From: Candidatus Bathyarchaeota archaeon | GTDB taxonomy: Archaea; Thermoproteota; Bathyarchaeia; Bathyarchaeales; Bathycorpusculaceae | Reading direction: 5' to 3' | Assembly: GCA_963775895.1 (NCBI GenBank) | Contig: CAVZKL010000019.1 | Span: forward strand, 9,909 to 73,908 | Length of the DNA stretch: 64,000 nt | In this document: piece after piece, positions 1 to 12,661 of the stretch | Layout of the letters: every line of letters starts with the position of its first letter | Numbering within the stretch: position 1 is the first letter of the stretch | The notes under the pieces: model-generated | The model's database searches: none | What the model was told of the DNA's origin: nothing | Seen by the model: the letters and a program-made list of their open reading frames with translations, nothing else | Made by a program: the position numbers and the translations under genes

Positions 1-1173
<1,173 letters not shown>

Positions 1174-1239
1174 AAAGACTTAAATTTGGAACAACGCGAA
1201 AAAAGCTCTAACCAAAGAAATTCTAGGGCTGAAAAAGAA

Positions 1240-1809
1240 ATGAGCGAAAAACTGGCAAATCCTGCGCCACTTGGACTGTTAGCCTTTGGACTAACGACAG
1301 TTCTGCTGAATCTGAGCAACGCTGGCTTTTTTGCCATGAACGGCATGATCTTAGCGATGGGCATAGCCTACGGCGGACTAGCTCAAATCATAGCAGGCTC
1401 AATGGAGTTCAGGAGAGGAAACACCTTTGGCACAGTTGCGTTCTCATCTTACGGGTTTTTCTGGTGGTCTCTTGTGATTTTGATCTTACTTCCAAATGCT
1501 GGTCTCGGAATTTCAGCGCCTACCTCAGAAGCTATGGCAGCGTACTTCTTCATGTGGGGCTTGTTCACCTTCTTTATGTTCTTCGGCACATTGAAAGCGA
1601 ACAGGGCAATACAATTTGTCTTCATGAGCTTAGCAATTCTGTTCTTCCTGTTGACTGCTCACGAATTGACCAGCAACGGAACATTGGGCACGATAACAGG
1701 ATATGAAGGCATAATCTGCGGGTTGAGCGCGGTCTACCTCGGTTTAGCCGAAGTCATCAATGAAGCCCATGGAAAAGCCTTCCTCCCCATAGGTCCTATG
1801 AATCAATAA
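1240..1809 (+). CDS. satP: Acetate uptake transporter, SatP/GPR1/FUN34/YaaH family
   Basis: N-terminal [15 protein letters not shown] signature, ~6 TM helices, directly upstream of acs. Confidence 0.92.
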   Translation: MSEKLANPAPLGLLAFGLTTVLLNLSNAGFFAMNGMILAMGIAYGGLAQIIAGSMEFRRGNTFGTVAFSSYGFFWWSLVILILLPNAGLGISAPTSEAMAAYFFMWGLFTFFMFFGTLKANRAIQFVFMSLAILFFLLTAHELTSNGTLGTITGYEGIICGLSAVYLGLAEVINEAHGKAFLPIGPMNQ

Positions 1810-1816
1810 ACGCCTT

Positions 1817-1851
1817 CCCCCTTTTTATTTTCGACTAAAAACGTTTATATT
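1817..1851 (+). promoter_or_regulatory. T-rich terminator-like tract after satP followed by BRE/TATA-like box for acs
   Basis: CCCCTTTTTATTTT then AAAAACGTTTATATT about 30 nt before the acs start. Confidence 0.45.
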
Positions 1852-1879
1852 CACGAAAGAAGGTCTTTCCACAAAATCC

Positions 1880-3835
1880 ATGGCTGGTTTGAAAATGTCT
1901 GAAACAAGCTTACCGTTTAACGATAGAGTGTATCCAGGAAAAACACTCAAAGACGAATGGGAAAAGTCGATAAGAAATCCTCAGGAGTTTTGGGCGGAAA
2001 AGGCAAGGGCGATTGACTGGTTCAAGACGTGGGACAAAGTCTTGGACGATTCTAACAAGCCGTTCTTCAAATGGTTTTCGGGCGGAGTTTTGAACATCAG
2101 TTACAACGCGCTGGATAGACACTTGAATACTTCCAGAAGAAACATGCTTGCCTACATTTGGGAGGGTGAGGATGGCGAGGTCAGAACCTACACGTTCTAC
2201 CAACTTTATCGCGAGGTCAACAAGCTCGCCAAGATCTTCAAAGACCTGGGTCTGAAGAAGGGCGACAGGGTCGCTGTCTATCTGCCGATGATTCCGGAGC
2301 TTCCTATCACACTACTTGCGTGTTCCAGAATAGGAGCGGTTCACACGGTGGTTTTTTCGGGCTTCAGTGCCGAAGCACTTGCTGACAGGATAACCGACTG
2401 CGAGGCAAAGGTTTTGGTTACCGCTGACGGAGCCTACAGACGAGGAAAAACAGTCACCCTGAAAGACACCGCAGACCGTGCGTTGCAGTCGACTCCAAGC
2501 GTGCAAAAGACATTGGTCGTCAGGCGTACGAAGCAGGAAGTGCCGATGAAACAAGGGCGCGATGTTTGGTTCCATGAGGCGATGAACAAAGTTGAGTCGA
2601 ACGCTTACGTTCCGCCTGAACCGATGGAATCCACTGATCCCCTGTTCATACTGTACACGTCCGGAACGACTGGAAAGCCGAAGGGGGTGCAACACGGTAC
2701 TGGCGGTTACTTGGTTTGGGCTTATTGGACCCTCAAGTGGGGCTTCAACCCGAACGAAGAGGACATCTGGTGGTGTACGGCAGATATCGGCTGGATCACT
2801 GGACACACGTACAACGTGTACGCTCCGTTGGCTGTAGGGGTAACATCGTTCATTTTTGAGGGGACACCCGATTATCCAGCTCAGGACAGATGGTGGGAGA
2901 TGATCGAGCGCCATGGAGTCACGATACTTTACACGACGCCCACAGCGGTCAGGATGTTCATGAAATTCGGAGAGCAATGGGTAAACAAGCATGATCTCAG
3001 CTCGCTCAGATTGTTGGGAACGGTGGGTGAGCCAATAAACCCTGAAGCTTGGAAATGGTATTACCGCGTGGTAGGGAAAGAGAAGTTGCCAGTCATAGAC
3101 ACTTGGTGGCAGACTGAAACAGGCGGTTTCATGATTGCGCCGCTGCCAGGACTGGAGCTTGTTCCGCTCAAGCCTGGTTCTGCGACGAATCCGCTGCCGA
3201 GTGTTCAAGCTGAAGTTTACGATGAAAAAGGACAGCAGGCGCCCGTTGGTGTCAAAGGTTTTCTGGTCATCAAGACTCCTTGGCCAGGAATGCTCGAAAC
3301 GATATGGAAGGACCCTGAAAGATACAAACAAACATACTTCGGAAGATGGCCCAACATCTACTACACAGGAGACTATGCGGTGAGAGACCCCGACGGTTAC
3401 TTCTGGCTGCTTGGAAGGGCAGATGAAGTCTTGAAAGTTGCGGGGCACAGAATAGGCACCGTGGAGCTTGAAAGTGCGCTTGTTTCGCATCCAGCGGTTT
3501 CAGAGGCTGCAGTGATGGGCAAAGAAGACTCACTTAAAGGTGAGGTTCCTGTTGCTTTCGTAACGCTCAGAAGCGGTTTTCAGCCATCGGACGAATTGCG
3601 CGCTGATCTGGTAAAACACATTCGAAACACGATTGGTCCGATCGCGACGCCAGACGCAATTGTGATCGTGAGCAGGCTTCCGAAGACGCGGAGTGGAAAA
3701 ATCATGAGAAGACTGCTGAAAGCAGTGCTGGCAGGACAGGCGCTCGGCGACGTGTCAACGCTGGAAGATGAAGGTTCAGTTGACGAAATCAAAGCAACAT
3801 ACGACGAAATGAAAAGACAGTTGGAAAAGAAGTAA
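1880..3835 (+). CDS. acs: AMP-forming acetyl-CoA synthetase
   Basis: YTSGTTGKPKG, DIGWITGH, DTWWQTETGG and LPKTRSGKIMRR motifs; 651 aa. Confidence 0.96.
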   Translation: MAGLKMSETSLPFNDRVYPGKTLKDEWEKSIRNPQEFWAEKARAIDWFKTWDKVLDDSNKPFFKWFSGGVLNISYNALDRHLNTSRRNMLAYIWEGEDGEVRTYTFYQLYREVNKLAKIFKDLGLKKGDRVAVYLPMIPELPITLLACSRIGAVHTVVFSGFSAEALADRITDCEAKVLVTADGAYRRGKTVTLKDTADRALQSTPSVQKTLVVRRTKQEVPMKQGRDVWFHEAMNKVESNAYVPPEPMESTDPLFILYTSGTTGKPKGVQHGTGGYLVWAYWTLKWGFNPNEEDIWWCTADIGWITGHTYNVYAPLAVGVTSFIFEGTPDYPAQDRWWEMIERHGVTILYTTPTAVRMFMKFGEQWVNKHDLSSLRLLGTVGEPINPEAWKWYYRVVGKEKLPVIDTWWQTETGGFMIAPLPGLELVPLKPGSATNPLPSVQAEVYDEKGQQAPVGVKGFLVIKTPWPGMLETIWKDPERYKQTYFGRWPNIYYTGDYAVRDPDGYFWLLGRADEVLKVAGHRIGTVELESALVSHPAVSEAAVMGKEDSLKGEVPVAFVTLRSGFQPSDELRADLVKHIRNTIGPIATPDAIVIVSRLPKTRSGKIMRRLLKAVLAGQALGDVSTLEDEGSVDEIKATYDEMKRQLEKK

Positions 3836-3939
3836 TCTCCACTTTCTTTACTCTGTTCTTTGTTTGAAATAGCTATGCTGTAGTGAATCGTACGCACCTA
3901 TATATTCTGGAAAATCAAAATGGTACTGCGGTGTGAGAT

Positions 3940-4710
3940 TTGCCACTTCCACTAGTTGAACGTTCAAAAAAAGAAATCACTGCGAAAATCAAGAAAAGAG
4001 TCGAGTCGGTCGAAGGGGTGAAGGGTATTCGCCAAATCGATGTGCGCGTGAGTGGAAAAAGAATCGACGTAAACCTTCTTCTTTTGGTACGTGCAAGCCT
4101 CAAATGGGAAGATAGTCACAAAATCTCGTTGGCCATTGAAAGAGAAGTGATGTCGGAGTTTCCTAACGCGAGGGTCACGGTCAACACAGAGCCCTTAGGA
4201 AACAGCACCGAAAGCGTTTGGAAGCTCGTGAAAGACGTCGCGGAAGGGGCACCAGGATCTAGAGGAGTTCACAATATCCATATTCAAAGAATTGACAAGA
4301 AATTGTACATTGACCTACATCTGGAAGTCAGTGCCGAAATGACTGTAAAACAGGCCCATGAGGTTGCTGATCAGGTTGAAACGAAGATAAAATCCGCCAA
4401 TCCCAACATTTCTGATGTCACTGTCCACATCGAGACTGCTTCAGAACGTGTCTCAAGAGAGATGGCGGGAGTCGAAACCGAGTTAGAATCATACGTGGCT
4501 CACGTCGCCGAGGACTTTCCTGAAATCAAGGACGTTTGCGCCATCAAGGTTCGGAGGGTTGGAAACTCTATGCACCTGGTGCTTCAATGTCGCTTCGACG
4601 CTAATCTGAGCATCGAGAAAGCCCATGACATTTCTAGTAAGCTCGAAAAGGAAATTAGAAGCGCCTATCCCAACATCACCAGAATAGACATCCATGAAGA
4701 ACCCGCGTAG
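3940..4710 (+). CDS. Soluble protein of three tandem CDF C-terminal (ZT_dimer-like) domains
   Basis: Three repeats with pattern x-SH/AH-x-I...V/I-x-V/I-H/N-x-E; no TM segments. Confidence 0.75.
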   Translation: MPLPLVERSKKEITAKIKKRVESVEGVKGIRQIDVRVSGKRIDVNLLLLVRASLKWEDSHKISLAIEREVMSEFPNARVTVNTEPLGNSTESVWKLVKDVAEGAPGSRGVHNIHIQRIDKKLYIDLHLEVSAEMTVKQAHEVADQVETKIKSANPNISDVTVHIETASERVSREMAGVETELESYVAHVAEDFPEIKDVCAIKVRRVGNSMHLVLQCRFDANLSIEKAHDISSKLEKEIRSAYPNITRIDIHEEPA

Positions 4711-4834
4711 ACTGATTGTTACCCCGCAAGAGCCTGACAAAACTACGTAACGCCTATATACCGCTCAGCAGAAGTTAGTCTAACCCCTAATTCATACACT
4801 CCACGAGGATCATACTTGAGGCGGATTCAAGAAT

Positions 4835-7420
4835 ACGGCGAAGGAGAAAACATCCACCACCCAGAAAGACTGCTGGTCTGTTCAACCTGCAGATGCCTAT
4901 CGGCTATTCGAAACTAGTGAACAGGGCTTATCAGTAGAAGAAGCAGAAAGACGTCTCAAGACATATGGACGCAATGAGTTGCCGAAACATGCGTTCAGCA
5001 CCACTCAAGTTGTTCTTAGACAATTCAAGAATCCCATATTTGCCATTCTCATCGCCTGCGCCGTTATAGCCGGCGTGTTCGAAGCGCCTGAACAAGCAAT
5101 ATAATACTTTTGATGATCGCGATCAGCGTTGTCCTTGGATTCTACAATGAATACAAGGCAGAAAGAATCGTGGAAAACTTGCGCCAGAACGTGGCAATCA
5201 AAGCCGTCGTCACCAGAGATGGAAAATCATCTCAGATCGACTCAAGACAACTGGTCCCAGGAGATCTGGTTTCGGTCTATGTTGGCGATATTGCACCTGC
5301 TGACATGAGGATCGTGAAATGCACGGACCTGCAGACTGATGAAGCCACTTTCACGGGTGAATCTTTTCCGGTGGAAAAGACTTCCGAACCCGTCAAACTT
5401 GAACGTCCAACCCCCCAGCAACTTGCAAACTACCTTTTCATGGGTACGGTGGTCGTGCACGGAACTGGTAAGGGTATCGTGGTTTCGACTGGAAAGACCA
5501 CACAGTTAGGGGCAATTTCTAGGAGTCTAGTGCGCTCCCATCCTGAGACGGAATTCCAGAAGGGTGTTCGGCAATATGGGACCATGCTCATCACGTTAAC
5601 CCTTGCTCTGACGATTGCCATTTTTGGTTTGATGACCGCAGTCGGCAAGCCACTGATCGATTCTCTGTTGTTCTCTCTTGCTGTTGCTGTCGGATTGGTG
5701 CCTGAACTGATGCCAGCCATCGTCACGATAAGTCTCGCTCGTGGCGCCAGCAGAATGGCAAAAGTGAAAGTCGTCGTTAAACGGCTTGTTTCAATCGAAG
5801 ATTTTGGCAACATGAGCGTTTTCTGTACTGACAAGACGGGAACACTGACTGAGGGGAAAGTTACTCTTAATGACTGCAGGAGTCTCGGAGAGAGAGAAGA
5901 CGAAAGAGTGCTATCTTATTCACTGCTCTGCAACTCAGCAGTTGTGGGCGAAACAATCGTTGGCAACCCCATGGACACGGCGATCTGGGAATACGCCATA
6001 AAAGCTGACGAGCAAGAGAGTGTCAAGCCCTACACAAAGATCCACGAGATACCTTTCGACTATCAACGTCGGATCATGTCGGTAATTGTCAAGAACAACA
6101 ATGATCATCTTCTAATCAGCAAAGGAGCTCCTGAATCAATCTTCGCCAGGTGCCAATTTGCGGACATAGATGGAAAAATCAAACCCATAGACTCAGTTAA
6201 GGATGCCATCAACGAGAAGTTCTTCAATTTGTCGGAACTAGGTTATCGCATCTTGGCGGTTGGAAGCCGACAGACAGAACTCAAACCGTCCTATTCTGTT
6301 GATGACGAGAAGAACCTGACTTTGCTGGGTTTTCTGATATTTACGGATCCGCCTAAGAAAGATGCTCACGAAGCCATTGACAGGCTCAAACAGATGGGCG
6401 TTGAAGTGAAGATTTTAACCGGCGACAACGAGTTAGTTGCCAAAACAGTCTGCGATGAACTGAAAATACCTGTTAAGAAAATAGTTGTCGGTTCAGATCT
6501 CACGCAGATGAGTTGGACAGAAGTCAAGACAGCGGTCGAAGAAACCACGATCTTTGCGCGGATAACACCCGACCAGAAACTAGACGTCATCAAAGCGCTG
6601 AAAGAAAACGGTCATGTAGTTGGCTTCGGAGGCGACGGCGTGAATGATGCTCCTGCTCTCTACGAAGCCGATGTGGGCGTATCTGTTGACACGGGCGTCG
6701 ACGTTGCAAAGGAAGCGGCAGACATTGTTCTTCTGGAGAAGGACCTCTTGGTCATGGCAGACGGCATAAGCGAAGGACGCAGGATTTTCGGAAATACCAT
6801 CAAGTACGTTTTGATGGGGACGAGCTCCAACTTTGGAAACATGTTCAGCGTCGCTGCGGCAGCAGTGTTTCTGCCTTTCCTTCCCATGGCGCCGATTCAA
6901 ATCCTCTTCATGAACTTGCTCTATGACATATCAAACATGACTCTGCCGACGGACAACGTGGATGAAGAGTATGTCAAATCGCCGAAACACTGGGACATAG
7001 GTTTCGTGAGAAAGTACACTTTGTTCTTCGGTCCATTCAGTTCGCTCTACGACTTTCTTACCTTCGGCATAATGCTTTTCATCTTCGGATGTTGGGCAGG
7101 AACGCCTCACAGCGCGTTGGCAAGCGCTTTTTCAAAGTGGTTGGTTCGTAGAGTCCTTCTGGACAGAGGTTCTGGTCATGTATGTCATTAGAACTAGACG
7201 TATTCCTTTCTTCACGAGTCGCCCTGGCAAATGGCTCACGGTTCTGACTCTCTCTTGTGTGGCATTCGGAACGATACTTCCCTTCACTTTCTTAGGCGGC
7301 TTCCTAGGGTTCACATCGCTTCCGCCTAACTACTGGGCTCTTCTGATACTGATGGTTGCCACTTACTTGGTGCTGGTCGATGCAGGCAAGGTGTTCTTCT
7401 ACAAGATATGTAAATTCTAA
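4835..7420 (+). CDS. mgtA: Mg2+-translocating P-type ATPase; frameshifts near 5100 and 7130
   Basis: GLSVEEAERRLKTYGRNEL N-terminus, TGES, VGLVPELMP, DKTGTLT, GTSSNFGNMFS and QILFMNLLYD (MgtA-type); start uncertain. Confidence 0.88.
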
Positions 7421-7434
7421 GGAGTGAGACGTGT

Positions 7435-7749
7435 TTGGCAGGACTTGATCTGTTTCAGTGGTGGGCTGCAACCATTACCGCCGGCAGCCTTTTTTTGGCT
7501 TTGGTCGGCGTATATCTTTACGTGGACAGCAGGGGAAGACGTAGAAACCATCAGAAACAAGGAAGGAACTTGAAACGTTTGGTGACTGACTTCTTCTTCG
7601 TTTGGGTCTTGCTCGGTCTGTTAGTCTTCTATATAGTGTCAATCGACGTGGGCTCTGATTTGATGTTCGCGGTTGGGAACGTCTTGGTCGAGGCGCTTCT
7701 GGTTCTGTATTTGATATTCAACTGGAAAAGAGGCTCCAGGGAAACTTGA
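7435..7749 (+). CDS. Small hypothetical membrane protein (~3 TM)
   Basis: Hydrophobic ORF with GGAG SD just after mgtA. Confidence 0.6.
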   Translation: MAGLDLFQWWAATITAGSLFLALVGVYLYVDSRGRRRNHQKQGRNLKRLVTDFFFVWVLLGLLVFYIVSIDVGSDLMFAVGNVLVEALLVLYLIFNWKRGSRET

Positions 7750-7800
7750 CCTCAAGCATCCCATGACAAACTCTTTGCGGGAATATACAGTGTTTTCGCG

Positions 7801-9108
7801 CTACGGATAGAATCTCCTTGTCGTTCTCGGAAACGGAATAGCATCAATGATGTTCTCAAGATCAAGCATCCACGTTAACACTCTTTCGAGTCCCATTCCA
7901 AAACCGACGTGTGGTACCGTTCCATAGCGGCGAAGGTCAATGTACCAATCATAGTCTTTTTCTTTCAGACCCAGCTCCTTGAGTCTGGTAACCAATTTTT
8001 CCTTGTCGTCTTCTCTTGCACCGCCTGTGGATATCTCTCCTATTCTGGGAACAAGCATGTCCGTTGACATCGCAATGTCGGGTTTGTCTCTGTACGTCTT
8101 GCAGTAGAAGGCCTTGATTTCCTTCGGATAATCATAAATGAAGAAGGGCTTGCCGAAATCGTCTGCTACCGCCTTTTCTTCCTCGTATCCGAGGTCGGCG
8201 CCCCACTTTGTCTTGAAGTCTTTCCCATTGAGTCTCTCGATTGCCTCTGCGTAGGTAATCTTCGGAAAAGGAGGTTTGACTATCTGCAGCTTTTTTATGT
8301 CAGCTCCCAGCTCCTCAAATTCGTTCTTGCAAGTCTCGAGGGTTCTTTGGCAGATGTGAGTCAGGAGTTCTTCTTCGTGTTTCATCAAGTCTTTCATTTC
8401 AGCAAAGGCTTGTTCTGCTTCAATGTGCCAGTATTCTGTCAAATGTCTTATTGTTCGGCTTTTTTCAGCTCTGAAAGAGGGTGCTATACAGTAGACCTTC
8501 TCCAGAGAATAGATCAGAATCTCCAGGTACAGTTGGGCGCTTTGTGTCAAGTACATGGGCTGATCAAAGTATTTCAGGCTGAACAGGGTTGATCCGCCTT
8601 CGCATGCGCTCGTTATGAACATCGGCGGCGAAACTTCTACGAAATCATTCATTTTATAGAATTCATGTGTGAATCGGAGAACCTCGCTCCTGACTTTCAT
8701 GACCAGATTCATCCGGCGACTGCGGAGCCACAAGTGGCGAACATCCCTCAGAAACTCTTCACTCTTATCCTTCGTTATGGGGAAAAGCTCGGCCAGACCG
8801 ATGATGGAAAGCTTGTCTGTCACGATTTCAAACCCGCCAGGCGCTCTTTGATCTCTTTTCACGGTTCCTTCAAGCGTCAGCGATGATTCAATCGTTACCC
8901 TTTCAGCTTCCGGCCATGCTGGGCTCTCTTTCTTTATCGGGCATTGAATTGTCCCCGAAGAGTCTCGCACGATGAGGAAAACCGTCTGTTTCCCTTCTCT
9001 TTTGCGATAGACCCAGCCGCGAACTGCCACCTTCCTGTCTTCATAGCGGCCATCGAGAATTTGACGGATGGGAACGTAATCCATGCGAATCAACCTTTTC
9101 TCTTTCAA
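7801..9108 (-). CDS. asnS: Asparagine--tRNA ligase
   Basis: OB-fold VRGWVYRKR, CEGGSTLF, LTQSAQLYLE, FRAEKS..RHLTEY and RRYGTVPHVGFGMGLER. Confidence 0.9.
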   Translation of the reverse strand: MKEKRLIRMDYVPIRQILDGRYEDRKVAVRGWVYRKREGKQTVFLIVRDSSGTIQCPIKKESPAWPEAERVTIESSLTLEGTVKRDQRAPGGFEIVTDKLSIIGLAELFPITKDKSEEFLRDVRHLWLRSRRMNLVMKVRSEVLRFTHEFYKMNDFVEVSPPMFITSACEGGSTLFSLKYFDQPMYLTQSAQLYLEILIYSLEKVYCIAPSFRAEKSRTIRHLTEYWHIEAEQAFAEMKDLMKHEEELLTHICQRTLETCKNEFEELGADIKKLQIVKPPFPKITYAEAIERLNGKDFKTKWGADLGYEEEKAVADDFGKPFFIYDYPKEIKAFYCKTYRDKPDIAMSTDMLVPRIGEISTGGAREDDKEKLVTRLKELGLKEKDYDWYIDLRRYGTVPHVGFGMGLERVLTWMLDLENIIDAIPFPRTTRRFYP

Positions 9109-9262
9109 TACTCTCCTTTCAAACGTAAATACCTATCTTGCACATTCTCATCTCGAAAAGCCCAGGTGCGAGCATTTACATTGCACTCTTGCGTCGAGTT
9201 GTAAGGTTGTGCATTATGCATAATTCTTAAATCTCCGGCCCTTAAGCAGTATACCGCCAACA

Positions 9263-10633
9263 GTGTTGAAAACCTTGGAAAGCGATTACAAGCTGAGGGT
9301 CCTCAAAAGCTCGGCCATCGCCATTTCTAGCGTTGTTTTCGTGGAGATAATTTTGGGGTTGGCGGTAAACAGTCTTGCCATAGTGAGTGACGGTTTGCAC
9401 GCTACACTCGATGCTTTGACCACGCTCATTCTATTCTTGGTTACTCGCATATCTTTGAAACCGCCTGATGAGGAGCACATGTATGGTCATCAAAAATTCG
9501 AAGCCATAGGCGGACTTACAGGTGGATTGGCTCTGATAGGAATAGCAATCGTCATAGTGTATGAAGCCATTCTGAAAATTTTGGCAAACCAAGCCGTGAA
9601 ATTTGACATCGAGTACGTTGGTTTCATAGCGATCGGTTACACCTTCTGCGTAGATTTCTTCAGAGTCGGAACGTTGTTGAGAGCACGCGAGAGCCAGAGT
9701 TCTACGATGAGGGCGGGGTTCTACCACGCCATAGCAGACCTGAGTTCGACGATCATAGCGTTTCTGGGTTTCGGATTGGCAACTCTCGGAGTTCTCTGGG
9801 GGGATTCTGTGGCTTCGATATTTCTAGGCCTGTTGCTTTCTTACCTCAGCCTGAAACTGGTTTGGTCCAGCGCAATGGAACTGAGCGATACAATATCAAA
9901 AAACGTAGCAGAGAAGATCAGAGAAACGATAAGAGCCACCAAAGAAGTCAGCAGAGTCGAAGACCTGAAGGTCAGAAGGGCAGGCGAAAAGACCTTTGTT
10001 CGCGCCACAGTGCAGATTCCAGACTATCTGACGCTTGAAGAAGCTCACAAACTGACTGCGAAGATTCAAACAGACATAGAGAAAGCGGTGAGCAACTCGG
10101 ATGTTATCATTCAAACCAAACCGTTTGCGACTGGGATGACGACTGAAAAGCTAATCGAGGCTCTTGCGAAGGAAGTTCCAGGAGTTAAAGAAGCGCACGA
10201 AATAGACGTCGCGTACACTGGAGGGAAGCTCTACGTTACGTTGCACATTTATGTGGATCCCAAGTTGTCGATCAAGAAGGCACATGAAATAGCCGAAGGA
10301 ATAGAAGACAGAATAAATCAGAAAATCCAGAACGTTGAAGACATCGCGGTTCACATAGAGCCGTCCACTCTGAAGGAAAGAAAGGGTGCTGCCGTTGACG
10401 AAAGAGAGATCCGATGGATAATCCACGCTGCTGCTGCCAGCTATCAACAGGCTTTTCGAATCAAAGGAATAGTCACCTACGTTGCAGGTGGCAAACGCCA
10501 CATCAACATCGATTGCGTCTTCACCCGGGAAATCTCGGTTGAAGAGGCGCACAACGTCGCATCTTTGATTGAAGGGCAGATTAGGCAACAGTTTCTTGAG
10601 ACGGTAGTAACCGTGCACGTTGAGCCGAGTTAG
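9263..10633 (+). CDS. Cation diffusion facilitator transporter with three C-terminal dimerisation domains
   Basis: SLAIVSDGLH, KPPDEEHMYGHQKFE, HAIAD and three xAHx..VHxEP-like repeats. Confidence 0.9.
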   Translation: MLKTLESDYKLRVLKSSAIAISSVVFVEIILGLAVNSLAIVSDGLHATLDALTTLILFLVTRISLKPPDEEHMYGHQKFEAIGGLTGGLALIGIAIVIVYEAILKILANQAVKFDIEYVGFIAIGYTFCVDFFRVGTLLRARESQSSTMRAGFYHAIADLSSTIIAFLGFGLATLGVLWGDSVASIFLGLLLSYLSLKLVWSSAMELSDTISKNVAEKIRETIRATKEVSRVEDLKVRRAGEKTFVRATVQIPDYLTLEEAHKLTAKIQTDIEKAVSNSDVIIQTKPFATGMTTEKLIEALAKEVPGVKEAHEIDVAYTGGKLYVTLHIYVDPKLSIKKAHEIAEGIEDRINQKIQNVEDIAVHIEPSTLKERKGAAVDEREIRWIIHAAAASYQQAFRIKGIVTYVAGGKRHINIDCVFTREISVEEAHNVASLIEGQIRQQFLETVVTVHVEPS

Positions 10634-10692
10634 TCTGCTGTGTCGTGCGGTTCTTTTTTTGAACGGTACAAAAAATGGGGGAGGTGAGTTGC

Positions 10693-12588
10693 TCAGCCGA
10701 TTTGAATGTCTTTTATGAGCGTCAGATCGTCCAGGCTGTTGAGTTTCACTTCTGCCTCTGACACCGTGTAAAGCACGTTTCCTATGTACAACGAACGTTG
10801 AACGTAGTGGCTGTAGTCGTAGATGTTTGTGCTGTTTTCCATGTGGGTGATTGCGCCTCTGTAGGCAAGGCCATTCGAGGTTATGTTAAACACGTATGCG
10901 CCCTGCCAGACTGGTTGTCCGTACGCGTTCGGGAGGGATCGCGTCAGGGTATTGACTTCTGTCCACTTTTGCCACGAGGACGGGGATCACCAGCAGGTCC
11001 TTTTCCTTGTCAAAAAGAAAGGCCTCATGATCATACAGTACAGGAGAGTTCGTTCCTCTGTCTCCGATTGTGTAGTTGGCTATCTGTATTGGGTCACTGA
11101 CGTTGCTGACGTCAAACAGCGATATTTTCACTCCTTGGTACCATGCAAAGAATCCCTCGTCTGACGGGGACGTTTCTTTGCCCACGCCTATTATGTGGTT
11201 TTCATCGTACGGGTGCAGATAGTTTGAGTATCCAGTTATGTTCAGTTGCCCGAGAACAGCCGGCTTCGTTGGGTCGCTCAGATCTATCACGAACAGCGGG
11301 TCTATCATCACGAAGGTCACCAGGTAGCATCTTTTCTCCATGAATCTGGCTGAGTAGATGTGTTCGCCTGGAGCCAAGTCTTCAAGCTTTCCGACTATGC
11401 TCATGTTCATGTCGAGCACGTAGACGTTGTTCGTTGGATTGCTCGTCAAGTTGGTGTACGTCCATGTCGTGGTAGCTATCCTGAAATGGTCATCATACTC
11501 GTCCATGGAGAACTGGTTGAGAACCTGTCCCGGCACTTGCACCTTGCGCTTCAGGAATGATCGTGCTGTTCGCTATGTGCACACGGTAGATCGTTGTACC
11601 GTCGGTTCCTGCGAAAAGTTACGTAGACGTTGTTCAAGGAGACGTACATCGTGCTCGCTCCGCCGAGCATTATGGTTGCGGAGCTTGGTGCTTGTGCAGC
11701 ATTTTTGATGTTCAATGCATAGATCGTTGTGAACAGGAAGTAAGTGTCCGAAACATTGGCGTAATACACGTCAGTCGGAGCTGCTTCTTTGGAGTAGCCG
11801 CTCGCCTTTATTGTCGGGAAGTTCACCTTGTCAACGGTAACGTTTGGAAACACTTCAACGCTGTGTTCTGATGGTTGGTTCGTCACGAAGTAGATGTAGT
11901 CTCCGATCATTCTTGAATCGAAGTATCCGCCGTTCGTTTCATAGCTTCTCACCAGCTCAGGCTGGGTTCTGTTCGATATGTCGTATATCTTCACGTAGGT
12001 TCCGACGTCGCTGAAGTAGTTGAACGAGGAAAGGATCATAGGACTCATGACTGGGTTGTATTTCGTGCCCAAGACAGCAAGTTTGTCACCGTTCACAAAG
12101 ATTCCAACAGGCGTCATGTCAGTGAAAGCAATCTTGTACATCACTCCTGCATCCTCGGGTGGATAGGCTCGCAGGATGGACACGTTGTTGCCTGATAATA
12201 GATAGATGTACTGTCCATCGGTCTTCACTATGTCCGCTTCGTCTACTCCTGCAACTTGAACGTTGGTGCCTGAGAACGACCACTGTGTTACTGCGTTGGC
12301 TGTGTATACTGTTGCGCCCAAGGCTGTAGGTGTAGATGCGGGGGGCATTGAGAAGAACTTCTCGTTGAAAGACTGGTAGTAAGTGTTTCCCCATTGAGAC
12401 GTGGATCTGTTCTTGAGGAAGCTTGTAAGTTCATCCAGGGATGAGAAAGTGGACATGGCGGAAGTGTTGTTGGGGTTTGAGATTTGGGGGATGTAGCCCA
12501 GTTGGTAGCACACTGAAACCAGTATTATGGCCAAAAGCACTGCGGCGACACCGTAGAGTTTTGCGCGTTTTGCGATTTCCTTTTGCAT
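10693..12588 (-). CDS. Secreted beta-propeller domain protein; two frameshifts
   Basis: N-terminal TM, FSGTNVQVAGVDEADIVKTDG, NQFSMDEY, IYSARF, DPLFVIDLS, GYSNYLHPY and RSLYIGNVLYTVS across three ORFs. Confidence 0.88.
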
Positions 12589-12661
12589 TCGCGTTTCACC
12601 TACGAGAGTAATGGATGCCGACGGATTTTATGCTAAGCCCTAGAACATCTTGTTCCAGAAG

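Noticed and set aside
2312-3490. Long antisense ORF (392 aa) and similar shadow ORFs opposite core genes
   Set aside because: They are fully antisense to well-supported genes such as acs, ftsY and rpl10, and show no recognisable motifs.
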